DNA of 64,000 bases from Octopus vulgaris (lineage: Eukaryota), in the NCBI GenBank assembly GCA_951406725.2, contig OX597822.1, positions 53,754,001-53,818,000 on the forward strand, given 5' to 3'. The notes beneath the pieces are model-generated. The model saw only the letters and a list, made by a program, of their open reading frames with translations. It searched no databases and was not told the origin of the DNA. Shown piece by piece: positions 13,469-27,082 of the stretch; the first letter of the stretch is position 1, and each line of letters begins with the position of its first letter. A program made the translations under genes and the position numbers.

Positions 13469-14351
13469 TGTAGCGGACCCAGGTGTTTTCTGTTATTATC
13501 ATGGCTTGGGTGGTGGACACCATGCTTCTGTATTGAATTGTTTTTCAGCAATGTAGGAAGGGTTTTTGTCGCATCCTGTAAATTGTCCACGCATTAACGA
13601 ATCTACCATCTCAGTGTGTGAGTGTGCATGTGTAGTGAATCTTGCATGCATGAAGTGGATTTGATCCATCATAGCCGAATTTAAATTAACACTGCAACAG
13701 AACTTTTTCCCACGGTGGAACAATGGTTTTTCTCTTACAGCAGTTTTACATTTTCCAGATGCCTTTAGCTAGGCCGAAATAATGTCTTCACCACTTGACC
13801 CTTTCTACTTCACAAAAAGCTAGAATAGAGATAACAAGACCACCAACTAAATCTATTGTTCTTAATGATATATCTATCCTTTTGGGTAGTTATATAACCC
13901 AGCACATCCCAAGCAAAAATCAGTTCGTCACAGTTGTGACGACTCAACGGAGTTAGTCACAGTCGGTGACAGCACAACGAAGTCTGGCTGACCAGCTAGA
14001 ACCTTGGTCAGAAGGAGAAAGCAACAGTCAGACAACACCCAACAATTCTCTCTAGCTCTAATTCTGTTCTCTTACAACATCATTTTATCTCTCTCTGTGT
14101 ATTTACTACTAAACAATGAAGAGGACACAAACACAAACTTTACTTCGCATGCTTTTGGATTTAACATAACCTGCTCGTCGAGGCAAGGTATTGTAACGTA
14201 ACGGTAAATAAATACTTCCTTACAACTTCATGCATTGTTCCATCATTCACATCCTACAGTAAACAATTTCTCCCGTTACAACTGCTGACCACAACATTTC
14301 ATAATAATGTTTACTGGTTAATTAAAACCGTCACAACTGGTGACCCTCGAC
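13469..14351 (+). mobile_element. LTR (TG...CA) followed by a tRNA-Trp-like primer binding site; internal region absent
   Basis: Starts tgtagcgg (13469) and ends ccgttaca (14280) or ccgtcaca (14335); tatataa ~13891 and aataaa ~14207; tggtgaccctcgac at 14338 resembles the tRNA-Trp PBS. The 13640-13880 segment is repeated at ~63605-63855. Confidence 0.65.
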
Positions 14352-15864
14352 TTGAACCAAAAACTTAGAGTATTCTATTTCAGCTCCAGATATCGTTTCT
14401 CTTTGTCCATAAGCACGTTGAGCATGTCTCAGCTGAGTCTGACAGGCGTTTCATCGTCGCTGTTCTTTTTGAGACCTATGATTGCATTGTGCAACAGTAC
14501 ACCTCTCTGCACTTCATTATTTTATTGACAGCTGAAGGATAGTTCAAGCAGAATTTTGAACTTGAAATCAAGAGGGATAAAATTAAACAGCCTAACGTTT
14601 TATTTCCGAACTACATTATATTATTGATTTCGTTACAGTAGACCCAAACGCACATTTCATGGGTTGAGGTGAAATGTAGTCGACAGAATTATTTTCAGGA
14701 AACTACAGGTACCTGTTAGTTGACTTTTCTCATTTGAAATATTCATACGAAGAAATTGTCTTATTTTGCTCTACAAGACCTAAAGACAGTTATCTAGAAG
14801 CGATCCCGTGAGAACATCTCTGCGTGTCCATTCGACCCAAAGGCAAGATAAAGTATCCCAATCTAACTTAATTCACATGCTACTGACTTGATAAAGGACA
14901 CACTCGGCAGTGTAACCGTAAGGCACCCATAAAAAGACAGCATGTTCACAGTTGAAACATCTTCGATCAAGACCAACCACACAGTAAATCACAACAATTG
15001 TTAAAGAAAATCCGGTTGAGGACTTAACTGACGATGTTGCCTGAAATGTGGCACAAAAGAATTCAAAGACTCAGTTTTCAGTGCTGTAACAGTTAATAAG
15101 TGTTTCAAATTTTGGCACAAGTCAGGTAATTTTGAGGCGAGGGGACTGGATAATATCGACCCCTGCACTCGATTAGTTCTTTATTTTATTGACCACTGAA
15201 AGATGAGGGTCAAACTTGATTTCGGTGGGATCTGAACTCAGAACGTAAAGATCCAGAAGAAATACTGCTAAGTATTTTATTCGGCGCGCTAACGATCCTA
15301 TTCAGCCGTGCGATCTACGGCTGAATGAAGACTCAACATCTCATTGCAGCTGTTGGTTGTAAGGTTATATCTCATACTAGCCAATTGTTTGAATCAACTG
15401 CTCCCCCTCTATCACACCTAGGTGAAATGTGAACTCAGAACGCAAAGAACCAAAACCGACATCACAAGATATCTCGTCTGACATTCTAACAATTCCGCTA
15501 ATCTAAGTCTCCAGACTATTTCTTTACTTATCAACTCTGAAAGAGAGAAAAGCAAAAGTGCTGATAATAGTGTTTCGTTTAGGCACAAAGTAGCAGTTTT
15601 AAGGGGAAGGTGGTTCGTCGATTACATCAATTCCGTTGCTACATTTTATCAACTCCAGTATGGGAAGAAAGACAATTATCTAAAAGCGATCCCATGAGAA
15701 CATCTCTACGTGTCCGTTCGACCCACAGGCAAGATAAAGTAAAGTAAAGTTGTCTTTAAGGTAATGTAAAGTTTAAGTAAGGTAAAGCAAGATAAAGAAA
15801 GGTATGGTTGTCTTCGACGGAATTTGGACACAGAACGTAGAGTTTCATAAGATACTGTAAAGCC

Positions 15865-16160
15865 CTAACGATTTTGTTATTCAAAATCAAAACCAAGTTG
15901 TTCATTGCAACTGTCGAATCAGTGCTATTATATGGCAGTGAAACTTGGACACTGAAAAAGAAATTATTAAACGGGTTCTGCCCAGGATTGGTCAGAATAT
16001 CAGGCAAAGACGGCGGCGACTATTAGATGCATCACTCTGAACTGAAAGCATCCAAATTTGTCTTCTGGCACCCTCTTCATGGTGATGTAAGAGAAGAATA
16101 CGTCGTCACACTTACATCGACAACTTGACTGCAGATACTGGCTTGGAACGTATCCAGGAT
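15865..16160 (+). mobile_element. RTE-clade LINE 3' fragment
   Basis: KIKTKLFIATVESVLLYGSETWTL motif (LYGxETW). Confidence 0.6.
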
Positions 16161-17139
16161 CTCGTGGTATTTTTTAATGAATTCAAATTGCGATCAGCCA
16201 GAGTCAAATTTACAATTTCATTTTTACAGAAGTGATAAAAATAATAGCACTGAAGAGCGAAGAGCATCTAAGAGATGAATGGAATCAGATACTTTTGAAG
16301 ACCGCAATGAAGTAGGATCGTAGGACCCATATCAACATCAACATGGAAAAATAAAACAAAACAATATTTGCTCTCAAGACATTGATAGAACACTGCAAAA
16401 CATCTCACAATTCTCCCTGTTTCTACCCATTGTCTTCATCTCTCAACAGATATAATTTGTGAGATAAGGTGATGTAAGATAATTGGCTCTTAGAAATAAA
16501 ATGCAAACAAATCATTTTGTTGAACGTTCATATAATTGATGTTTTAAATTTTATTTTTAGTTTTCTTTGCAGAGGTGGGGGTTCTCCTCTTGTTTTTGTT
16601 TTTTTGTTTTGTTTTGTTTTGTATTTTTACATTATTGTCGGAATTTGTATTTTGGTAAACTGCCATTAGACATATTGATCTAAAAATATATCTTTTATAT
16701 TGATGTAAATTTATTCGGTATTTTGCCAGGAGAAAGTTCTTTTCTTTCAGAAAAGTTAGTATTCAACACTGTCTCTGGCAACAAACAAAGTCTGCTGCAG
16801 TTTGCTTTCAAATAATTCCTGTTTTCTATAAGACAATCTTTTTTTTTTTTTTCTGCTTCCTTTCAGTAAACGTATTGGCTGGCAAAAATTAATCAATGAT
16901 AAATTCAATTTTCCCTTCCTTTTAAAGGTATTATACAAAAACCCAACAGACTAAATCCCTTTCTCTTTTTTTTTTTTTTTTTCAAAATCACAAGGGACCT
17001 CAAGGAACAGTTGTTGTTATTGTTGTAGTTAATGACGATGACGACGACGAGGGTGCTAAGACCCAAGTCAACTCTTATCGAGGAGACATGATAAACGTCA
17101 ATCTGCCGTGACCATCCCATTTCCTTGTATATCTAGGAC

Positions 17140-17544
17140 TACTCTTTTTTTCTCTTTTTACTTGTTTCAGTCATTTGACTGCGGCCATGCTGGAGCACCG
17201 CCTTTAGTCGAGCAAATCGACCCAGGGACTTATTCTTTGTAGGCCCAGTACTTATTCTATCAGTCTCTTTTGCCGAACCGCAAGTGACGGGGACGTAAAC
17301 ACACCAGCATCGGCTGTCAAGCAATGCTAGGGGGACAAACACAGACACACACACACATACATATATATATATACATATATACGACAGGCTTCTTTCAGTT
17401 TCCGTCTACCAAATCCACTCACAAGGCACTGGTCGGCCCGGGGCTATAGCAGAAGACACTTGCCCAAGATGCCAAGCAGTGGGACTGAACCCGGAACCAT
17501 GTGGTTGGTTAGCAAGCTACTTACCACACAGCCACTCCTGCGCC
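17140..17544 (-). mobile_element. SINE family 2, near full length
   Basis: Reverse complement is highly similar to 10953-11362. Confidence 0.9.
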
Positions 17545-18254
17545 TATTGACCAATGTAATATTTCTTTTTTTAAGTCGGTATGGTGCGTTTTGAGACTTT
17601 GCTGCTACTTCTAGCATTAGATTAACCACTTACTAACCCTCTCAAACGGTTGCTGCTAACATTGTCTAATCTCAGCTTAGCTCTGATTGTTCAGTCCTAT
17701 GATCAAACGACATACCAACTGTAACGTGATCGTTCTCCAAACGCAGTATTCCTAGAATCACATTATTCAATGTGCCCGCTTTTTTTTTTTTTAAGATGGT
17801 AGGGAGTGATTTGAAGGAAACTTTGGCTGCTATTTCTAGCAAGTCAGGCGACTACATAGAGGCCAATGTGATCGCGATTTTTCTCTCTGGTGTCTAATGT
17901 TACGCAAAAGGTACTTCTAAGAAACAACACAAATGGTAATGAAACAAACCATTGATTCTTCAACCCCGTAGCGAATAAAGGATACGTCTGAGCATACTCA
18001 TTCAATATTCCTTACCATTCCATTGAACCGTTTGACCATTGTAGCTGTGGGTGGTAAGCCTATGCTCCACATTAGCCAATTGTTTGAATCAACTGCGCCC
18101 TCTATCACACCTCGGCAAAATTTGAACTTAGAACACAAAGAACCGAAACAAGCACCACATCTCACCTGACGTTCAGATCGATTGTGCTTGACTTCTTCGT
18201 TGCTCGCTTGGTAAACTTTTGACAGTGCAACGATATATAAATGGACAGATTCAT

Positions 18255-18479
18255 TTACTCTCTTTTACTTGTTTCAGTCATTTGACTGTGGTCATGCTGG
18301 AGCACCGCCTTTAGTCGAGCAAATCGACCCCAGGACTTGTTCTTTGTAAGCCTAGTACTTATTCTATCGGACTCTTTTGCCGAACTGCTACGTTACGGGG
18401 ACGTAAATACACCAGCATATCGGTTGTCAAGCGATGTTGGGGGACAAACACAGACGCACAAACATATACACACACGTAC

Positions 18480-18532
<53 letters not shown>

Positions 18533-18551
18533 TTTATACACATACACACGC

Positions 18552-18614
<63 letters not shown>

Positions 18615-19295
18615 TATATAATATACACACATATGGCATGACAGGCCTCGACTATTGGGGTCGACTAGAAAAGCTAAAACTTTATTCTCTCCAACGTCGC
18701 CGTGAGCGCTACATCATCTGCATGATGTGGAAAATATTCCATCAGCATTGCCCAAATGATGTTGGCATCACCTTTAAGGTACATCCAAGGCTTGGGCCCC
18801 GTGCCATCCACCCAAAACAAAAATCGCACTCTCATCTCATAACAACAATACGGCACAATTATTTCACCTCAATTGGCCCCGCTCTCTTTAACATTACACC
18901 AAAACATATTAAAACAGAAACAGACCCTATAGGGTTCAAGAAGTCTTTGGACAGATTCCTTCAAGAAATCCCGGATAAACCCCCTACACCCTGATATGTC
19001 TCTGTAAATAATAACTCTCTACTTGAGTGGGCCATAATGCCCAAATTCTGACTTGAAAGACTTCACCAGGTGGTGCTATTAAGTTAGACATGGCCTGGGC
19101 CAATAATGGCCGAAACCTATCAAAGTATATACATACATATATACGACGGGATTCTTTCAGTTTCCGTCTACCAAATCAACTCCCAAGCCCGAGGCTATAG
19201 TAGAAGACATTTGCCCTAGGTGCCACGCAGTGGGACTGAACCCGGAACCACGTGGTTGGTAAGCAGGCTACTTACTACACAGCCACTCCTACGCC
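18255..19295 (-). mobile_element. SINE family 2 split by a CR1 fragment in its internal (TA)n tract
   Basis: 3' half at 18255-18480 and 5' half at 19125-19295, in the correct order. Confidence 0.8.
18634..19125 (+). mobile_element. CR1-clade LINE 3' fragment
   Basis: [31 protein letters not shown]...GPALFN...[16 protein letters not shown], the conserved CR1 ORF2 C-terminus. Confidence 0.8.
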
Positions 19296-19939
19296 TTTCA
19301 GTTCGTTTTTTTTTTCTTTTTTGTAATTTGTTGAGTTAGAATTATTTTCATGATGACGCTTGGTCATTAACATCGCTTTCTGTTTAGAATGTTGTTTCAA
19401 CAGATTTTAAAATATACATTTTTTTTAATTGCAATATATAACTTGACATGGTTGTTGTGTTCTTCACATACGAATTTAAATATAGATCCGTGGTTCGTAT
19501 AACGACTCTAAAAGAAGCCCTCACGTAAACCTAAATGTTATTTTTAGTCGAGAGAAATAACATCAACTCAAAAAACAAACGCTTCAGAATTGCATTTGCA
19601 ATCAGAAATGTATAATTCAATGAGTTTACAGATACATAGCTGGGTGTCTCGTAAATAATTTCAATTTTCATTATTGGTACAAAGCCGTTTACTGAGCCGT
19701 TGCTGAAAAGTAGAGTAGTTCATGTAAGCTGTGTGGGTACTATTTACACGATGCAATTTTTTGCAGTTACTATTTGCCATGTTAGCTAACTAACTTTGGG
19801 TTTTGATCATTAAGTAACATTTTGCAGATTGTTGCCGATGAAATGCCAAAATTTTAACAACCAGTTCGCCGAGTTGCTTAATTTTTAACCACAAGTTTTG
19901 TATAAAGATTCTGAAATCAATAAGAGTCTGAAATTTTTA

Positions 19940-20140
19940 AGGCGGCGAGCTGGCAGAAACGTTAGCATGCCGGGCAAAATGCTTAGCGGTATTTCGTCTG
20001 TCTTTACGTTCTGAGTTCAAATTCCGCCGAGGTCGACTTTGCCTTTCATCCTTTCGGGGTCGATTAAATTAAGTACCAGTTGCGTACTGGGTTGATCTAA
20101 TCGACTGGCCCCCTCTCCACATATTTCAGACCTAGAAAAG
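19940..20140 (+). mobile_element. SINE family 1
   Basis: ggcggcgagctggcagaaacgttagc head and gaggtcgactttgcc body. Confidence 0.85.
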
Positions 20141-20312
20141 AATATTGCCTGAAATTTTAGCAAAAGACAATGATAATAATAGAATATTAAGAAAATGTGC
20201 ATATAAGTCCTACTATTCGCCTCAAATATTTAAAAATAATTTAAACATATTTTATTACTTATTATGGTAATAATTTCCAAATTATTATCAATTTTATTTT
20301 TATTATTATAAA

Positions 20313-20525
20313 GGCGGTGAGCAGGCAGAATCGTTAACACATCGCGCAAAATGCTTAGCAGTATTTCGTCTTTCTTTACCTTCTGAGTTCAAATTCCGCC
20401 AAAGTCTACTTTGCCTTTCAACCTTTCGGAATTGATAAGTACTAGTTTGCATAGTGAGGCCGATGTAATCGATTATCCTCCACACACCCCATTTCAGGCC
20501 TTGTGCCTATAGTAGAAAGGATTAT
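20313..20525 (+). mobile_element. SINE family 1
   Basis: Same head and body, diverged. Confidence 0.8.
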
Positions 20526-20579
20526 TATTATTACCACATGTTACATTATTTAGAAAAGCTGTTCTTTCGAGGTTTGGTG

Positions 20580-21400
20580 ACAAATCACTTCAAGTCTCGA
20601 GAATCTTCCTTAGGATTCTAGCAGAATAGTGTTGTATTTTTTTGCAGGTTGACAATGCGAGTCTCAATTCCAATAGACTTCAGGCTTTTGAGTAGCAGTC
20701 TGGTTATTGTGCCAAGTGCACCAATCACCACAGGAATAATTGTCAGGTTAGTCTTCTACAGTGTCTCTCTGTGGCTAGATCCTGATATTTCTCGATCTTT
20801 TCAAATTTGGTATCCACTCTGTTGGCATGGTACTCTTGTACTTGTTTTAGTCATTTGACTGCAGCCATGATGAAGCACTGCCTTTAGTCGAGCAAATCGA
20901 CCCCAGGACTTATTCTTTGTAAGCCTAGTACTGTAAAGTCTATGGTCTTACACAACGGTGTCTGGTCTTTTTGCCTAAATAATATAGTCAGTCTTTATGG
21001 GTGAAGCCCATAAAATCATGTAATTCTTATTCTCTATTACAGCCTGATTCGTGTTCAAACCAGTTTATTGCTTTGAATTCACACATTCGGTTAAGAACCC
21101 AATGCACTCTTTTACCTACAAAATTATGCCGGCACTTATTCTTTCCTTGTGCTAGCTACTGCATTCACTCAAGGGATGCTTGATATTCTCGTCTTCCTCA
21201 CAGAATCTGTGAGAAGAATATTTAGCTTTATCAAATTCGACTTAATAACTTGTTCCTGAGCGGCTATAATCAGCACTTCGGTTTCTCATTTCATGTTTCC
21301 ATCCATCAGCCACAATCAGCGTTTTTTATTTCCAACATACTCGATATCTTACATGAATTTCGGCATAGTTGGCTACTATCTTTATACCCAGAAAGTCATT
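20580..21400 (-). mobile_element. R4/Dong-like RLE non-LTR retrotransposon C-terminal fragment
   Basis: Minus strand ETEVLIIAAQEQVI and IIPVVIGALGTI motifs; a SINE fragment is inserted at ~20840-20930. Confidence 0.6.
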
Positions 21401-21404
21401 TGCG

Positions 21405-21970
21405 ACTATTACAAATGAATGCTGCTGCTTCAATGCAATCCATTAGATTTATAAAGTTCCCATCTTTCATCAATTTTCTGATTTGAGGCCCAGCAAATTC
21501 ACCAGCTTTTATCTTTTCACTGCTCAGACTGGGAAATATTCTGCAGATATAGTGAAAGCATGGTCCATCTTAATCCAGAGTTTTAACAAACTGCTTCGTA
21601 ACACCAAGTTTGACATGGAGTGGAGGTAAAATGATTTTTTCCGGTTGAACCGAAGGCTCTTCAGTCACATTAAAAAAAAACTCGGAACTAATAATGTTCG
21701 CTGCAGTCGTTCTTTGATCACCCACTGTTTTCCCCTGGTTCTTAATAAAATAATAATATAGATCGTAATAAACACTCGTAGTAAATTTCACAAGTAAACA
21801 ATGCATTTTTCTGGAAAATGAGGAAAATTGCGAAAATTGGGGGGTTTGGATATCTTGATATCTAGAAGTGATGGTAAAAAATGGATTCCATTTTTAGATT
21901 CAGCATATCAAAAACCTTCAAATCAGATAAAACGTCCTGACAACAAAATATTTATTAGGTAAAGTGCTAA
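21405..21970 (-). mobile_element. DNA transposon fragment (Chapaev3/CMC-like)
   Basis: IILPPLHVKLGVTKQFVKTL...FPSLSSEKIKAGEFAGPQIRKLMKD motif; superfamily assigned from recall only. Confidence 0.55.
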
Positions 21971-22559
21971 GAGGAAATTCCTGTGGAGTAATCAATGTTA
22001 CGCTGTGGTTAAGTGAGTGAGTGTGTGTGTGTATACATACACACGCACGGCATTTAGGTGTGTGCGTATGTGTTTATGTGCACAGCCATTAGCATTCGTA
22101 TGTGTGAGAACTAAGAGAGGATTTACTTTCATGAAAAATATAGACTATCCTAAAGTTAAAAATGAGTAAAATATTCCATTTCTGTAGATAGAATCATTTG
22201 TTAAATTATTCTATTTATTTTATTGTGCTGTGTGTATGTGTATAGATAAAAACAGTTTGAATCAAATTCGTTGGTACTCGTGTTTCAAGCGCGCCTGAAA
22301 CTCAACGAATTTGATCCATACATGTAGCTCCCAATAAACTGGTTGAGTGCCCTTCTTTCGTTTGTCCACTCCCTCGTATATATAAGTGCGAATATCTTGG
22401 TAAGTTGTAGATTCTTTCACAAAGTAGCAACAAATTATTCTATTTTATTGTGCTGTGTGTATGTGTATAGATAAAAACAGTTTGAATCAAATTCGTTGGT
22501 ACTCGTATTTCAAGCGCGCCTGAAACTCTTTAAGTACCAACGAATTTGATCCATACATG

Positions 22560-24400
22560 TAGCTCCCAATAAATTGGTTGAGTGCCCTTCTTTCGTTTGT
22601 CCACTCCCTCGTATATATAAGTGCGAATATCTTGGTAATTTGTAGATTCTTTCACAAAGTAGCGACAATAATCGAAGGTGAAATCCGTTTCAAGCACTAC
22701 ATACATTCTGGAAAGAACTTTATATCCTCTAACCAATGTCTCCATGCTGATGCTTCCTAGTCGAAGATATACTGGTATATTTCAGTGTAGGAGATACTGT
22801 TTGGCAGCTTCATCAGTTTGACTGAGCTTGGACTATGCAATTAGGTGTCTCCATTCAGTGCCCTCTTGAAAACAGACAAGCTGCTGGTGTTCAAAACGTA
22901 CTGGGAGACGAATGTATGTTACTTGTCATGCATCTTTACCCCAGCTACGTCTACATTCTTCTGGAGCACTAACAAATCGACCATTTATATATTACCTTAT
23001 TTTGTCAAGAAGAGGAGTATTTTTTTCTAGAACTTGCATTTTACCATACCCTTTGTATATATACTTAAAATACACTTAAACCATTTATAAGGGAAGAACT
23101 ATATTGATGTGGCAAATGTACTTATATTTGTTATATGGTACACCATATCAATTGTCTAACTTGTCAGAATGATCGTGGCAAACTGGGCTACAGTACCTTC
23201 TGTAGAGAGGGTATCCACCAACATTTGTTTTTCCATTCCTGAAGTCTTTTGGGAACCCTTTAGTGAATTTGTTGTTCTCCAAGCAAGGAGGGACTGGATT
23301 TGCTTCGCCACAGTGACTATGTATGACATTTTCTAAATACAATATCGTAGAGAGGGTTCTGTCACCACGTTTGGAAACTCGGCACATACTATTTTATCAG
23401 TTGCTATGGGATCATTGAATATATCTTTATTTATATGATTAGAATATGAGCGTGAGGTAGACCTCGTTTTTGAATTCAGTGGAATAACAAAATACTTAAG
23501 TATTTCCAAAGCAGGATCTTGCAATTACATCTGCAAGTGATTTTAATTTTAACACAGGCGCGCAACCAAATCAGGCCAATCAGAAGCGCTTTACCCGAGA
23601 GGGAATTTTTTTATTATTTCTGGTTATGATGGATTATGCCATAGTAATGTAGACGTCGGGCTTTCCATACTTCTTTGAAACTAATGCCATTGCACCGCAG
23701 TAACTCATGTTGTGGGGTGATCCTGGAAATAATGAAGGGAGTATCACAGTCCACCCTACACGCTCTTGTTTGTCCCATTTGCAACCTTATTAGCAAATCC
23801 AGTGTAGTTTGAACTCTTGTCTCTGGAGAAACCATTGGTAGTTGGGGCTATTAGCCATTACCTGCAAATAGTTATCTATCGATCATTGCTGAAACAATTT
23901 ATCACCATGTGGTATTGAGTTAAATTCATCCCTCACCACAGTTGTGCTATTCTATGTTGCAACATTGTGATATAACGTTCATTAGCTCTCACTGCTTCTT
24001 TAGCAGCCGTCAAATTGGGTTGCTAGACTGGCTCACCAAATGGATAAAATAATGTATATGTCATTGGGTCCAGATTTGGACTGGAGATATTGAGAATAAT
24101 GTTCCGTCATCTGAAATGAGGATGGTCAGGCTGACTCATTACATTTCTGAGATATTCTAGAATAGGTCTTTGATGATGAACTTGTACCTTTCCTTTGTGG
24201 TAACAATTGTTGAATTTTCCATCAGTTGGTTTCTCTGCAAGGAAATGCTTGGCTCCACGAACTTGACACAATACATCTAACTGTCCACACAAATGTTTTT
24301 TGCGATGCTATTTCAATGTAAGTCATGTTCATTTGTATCACATTATTTACATCATGTCTGCCTAGTCTCATAATTTCAACATCTCGTTGTCTTCTTGTAA
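22560..24400 (-). mobile_element. Degenerate Helitron Rep remnant
   Basis: CGQLDVLCQV..AKHF..E...FNNCYHKGKV (N-terminal Zn finger), DAMAL..KYGKPD, HSHCGEANPVPPC...KGFPKDF...GYPLYRR. Confidence 0.75.
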
Positions 24401-24404
24401 TTCT

Positions 24405-24745
24405 ATTCTTTTACTTGTTTCAGTCATTTGATTGCGGCCATGCTGAAATACAGCCTTAAAGGGTTTTAGTCGAAGAAATCGACCCCAGGACTTCTTAGTA
24501 AGCCTAGTACTTATTCTATCGTAACTGCTAAGTTACGGTGACATAAACACACCAGCATCAGCTGTCAAGCGATTGTAGAGGATGGGACACAAAACCAAGA
24601 ACAAAAACACAAATATATGCACACACACACACAACGGGCTTCTTTCAGTTTCCGTCTACCAAATCCACTTTGGCCGGACCGAAGCTATAGTGGAAGACAC
24701 TTGCCCAAGGTGCCATGCAATGGAACTGAACCCAGAACCCTGCGC
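24405..24745 (-). mobile_element. SINE family 2, diverged
   Basis: Reverse complement of family 2. Confidence 0.7.
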
Positions 24746-25971
24746 CTGATTATTGGATCTTTCTTGAGCATGTTTTCTCTCATTCTAAGATTTATTTCGT
24801 TTTCTATTTCATTTGCATGTCTTAACTCAGTCCAGTATCTTAAATTTTCTAATCGTTCTTTTCACCCATCTTCATCACTTTCATTATTTATTTTCTGAAC
24901 TGCTCTGTGTCTCATTTCAATCATTCTTTCTTCTTCGGTTTCATTTTGCAACAGTCAGTTGTGTACCTCTTATTTTCTCTGTCTTCTTGATCTGTGCTCC
25001 TCGCTCCCAACTTAGAGCTTAAATAAAGTTCCCAATCTAACCTCTTTCCTTCTCTTTGTTCCTCTTCGTAAGTATTATTCAATCTTATTCCGTATCTCTG
25101 ACATGCACTGTATTTCCCCATATAAGCTGCTCTGTCTACTCTTTCTGAGTCTTCACTGTTAATTATTCAGTCATTCTATTGCTGGGGATGGTGCCACGTA
25201 AAAAGCACTCAGTATACACTGTAAAATGGCTGGCGTCAGGAAGGGCATCCTGCCGTAAAAACCAAGGCAAAACAGACTATGGAACCTGGTGTGATCCATG
25301 GCTTTGCCAGCTTCTGTCAGCCGTCCAACCCATCCTAGCATGGAAAACGAACGTTAAATGGTGATGATGATGGTGGAATGTAAGATTGTAGGTGGCATTA
25401 ATAGGTAAAATCAACTCAATGTTACGTATCATTAGTCTACACAGTGTAGCAGCAACTTACCTTAAAAGAACTGTTTGAGCTACGATAATGAAGAAATTTC
25501 TTATGAATTAAAACAGTTAAGTATTATGAGATTAATGAAGATAGCAGAATGAATTTTGTAATAAAAAAAAAAAAATTAACAGAACAGTTAAAGAAAGTAA
25601 GTGGAAACCTTGCTTGATAATTTGGAGAGAAAATTTTTTTTTTATTGGCCTTAATGAAAAAAAAAAAATCAACTCAAACTTAAGTATCATTAGTCTATAT
25701 ACTATATAGACAACTTACTGCTGAAGAACTGTTCAAGCCACAGCAAGGATGAAGGAATATCGGTACCACTTTAGCGTGCAGTCTACCTGGCCATTTACAC
25801 TTTAGAGCACAATGTAACATTAACTCTGACCCAGATTGTCATTTAACAGCATAGACTACAAATACTGTGGAAGATAATGTGCCATCGAAATTTTAATGAT
25901 TGTTGCAACACCGGGCAAATCATTGGAATCTAAGCACATAAAATCATTGAGACAATGAAGATAGCAAAATC

Positions 25972-26672
25972 ATCATCATCATCGTTTAACGTCCGCTTTC
26001 CATGCCACCATGGGTTGGACGATAGGACAGGTCTGGCGAACCAGATGGCTGCACTAGGCTCCAATCTGATCTGGCAGAGTTTCTACAGCTGGATGCCCTT
26101 CCTAACGCCAGCCACTCTGAGAGTGTAGTGGGTGCTTTTACGTGCCAGTCAGGCGGTACTGGCAACGGGGCCACGCTCAAATGGTGCTTTTTATGTGCCA
26201 CCTGCACAGGAGCCAGTCCAGCGGCATTGGCAACGACCTCGCTCGACTGTTCTTTTCACGTGCCTCTAGCACAAGTGCCAATAAGGCGACGCAGGTAACG
26301 ATCACGCTCGAATGGTGCTTTTTACGTGCCACCAGCATGGAAGCTAGTTTGTTGCTCTGGCAACGATCACGCTCGGATGGTACTCTTAGTGCTCCACTAG
26401 CACGGATGCCAGTCATCGAATTTGATTTCGATTTCACTTGCCTCAACAGGTCTTCACAGAGTTTAGCGTCCAATGAAGGAAAGGTACGCATTATATAAGT
26501 GGGCTGGTTACAACCATGGCATAGGCCACGAGGTTATGGTCTCACTTGGCTTGCTGAGTCTTCTCAAGCACAGCATACTTCCAAAGGTCCCAGTCACTAG
26601 TCATTGCCTCAGTGAGGCCCAATGTTCGAAGGTCATGCTTCACCACCTCATCCCAGGTCTTCCTCTTCCACA
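25972..26672 (-). mobile_element. RTE-like LINE 3' end with long 3' UTR and (GAT)n tail
   Basis: RKTWDEVVKHDLRTLGLTEAMTSDWDLWKYAVLEKT followed by a UTR ending in tgatgatga; same family at 34397-35328, 36006-36168 and 25170-25372. Confidence 0.7.
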
Positions 26673-27082
26673 GGTGAACTTTCAAATACAAAAAATAAAC
26701 AAAACAACTCCGGCAAGTGGAAACCTTGTTTGAAAAATTAGCAAGAGTTTCATTGGTCTTAGTGGAAAAAAAAATTAACTCAAACATCATTGTTCTATAA
26801 GTATGGCAGTAACTTACCTCAAAAGAACTGTTTGGACTATAATAATGATGAAGAAATCTCTTATAAATGTTGCCAAGTACAACAAATCATCATTGAACTT
26901 TCAAATACAAAAGAAACTTTTAATGTTATTTTTCTATTTGTAAAAATGTTACTAAATAAAAACTTTTATTTACTAAAAAAAAAAAAAAAAAAGAGGGCGC
27001 AGACAGAACTAAGAAGAGATGCTGTTGGCAGCAAGAAAGTAATGTTGCTGGATAACTTAGAAAACTTCACACCATTTCATTG

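Noticed and set aside
15020-15055. ctgacga...gaaa as a hammerhead
   Set aside because: Stems I, II and III do not pair.
14790-18175. Short local repeats (14798-14856 vs 15686-15741; 15378-15480 vs 18073-18170)
   Set aside because: Small dispersed-repeat remnants with no additional structure.
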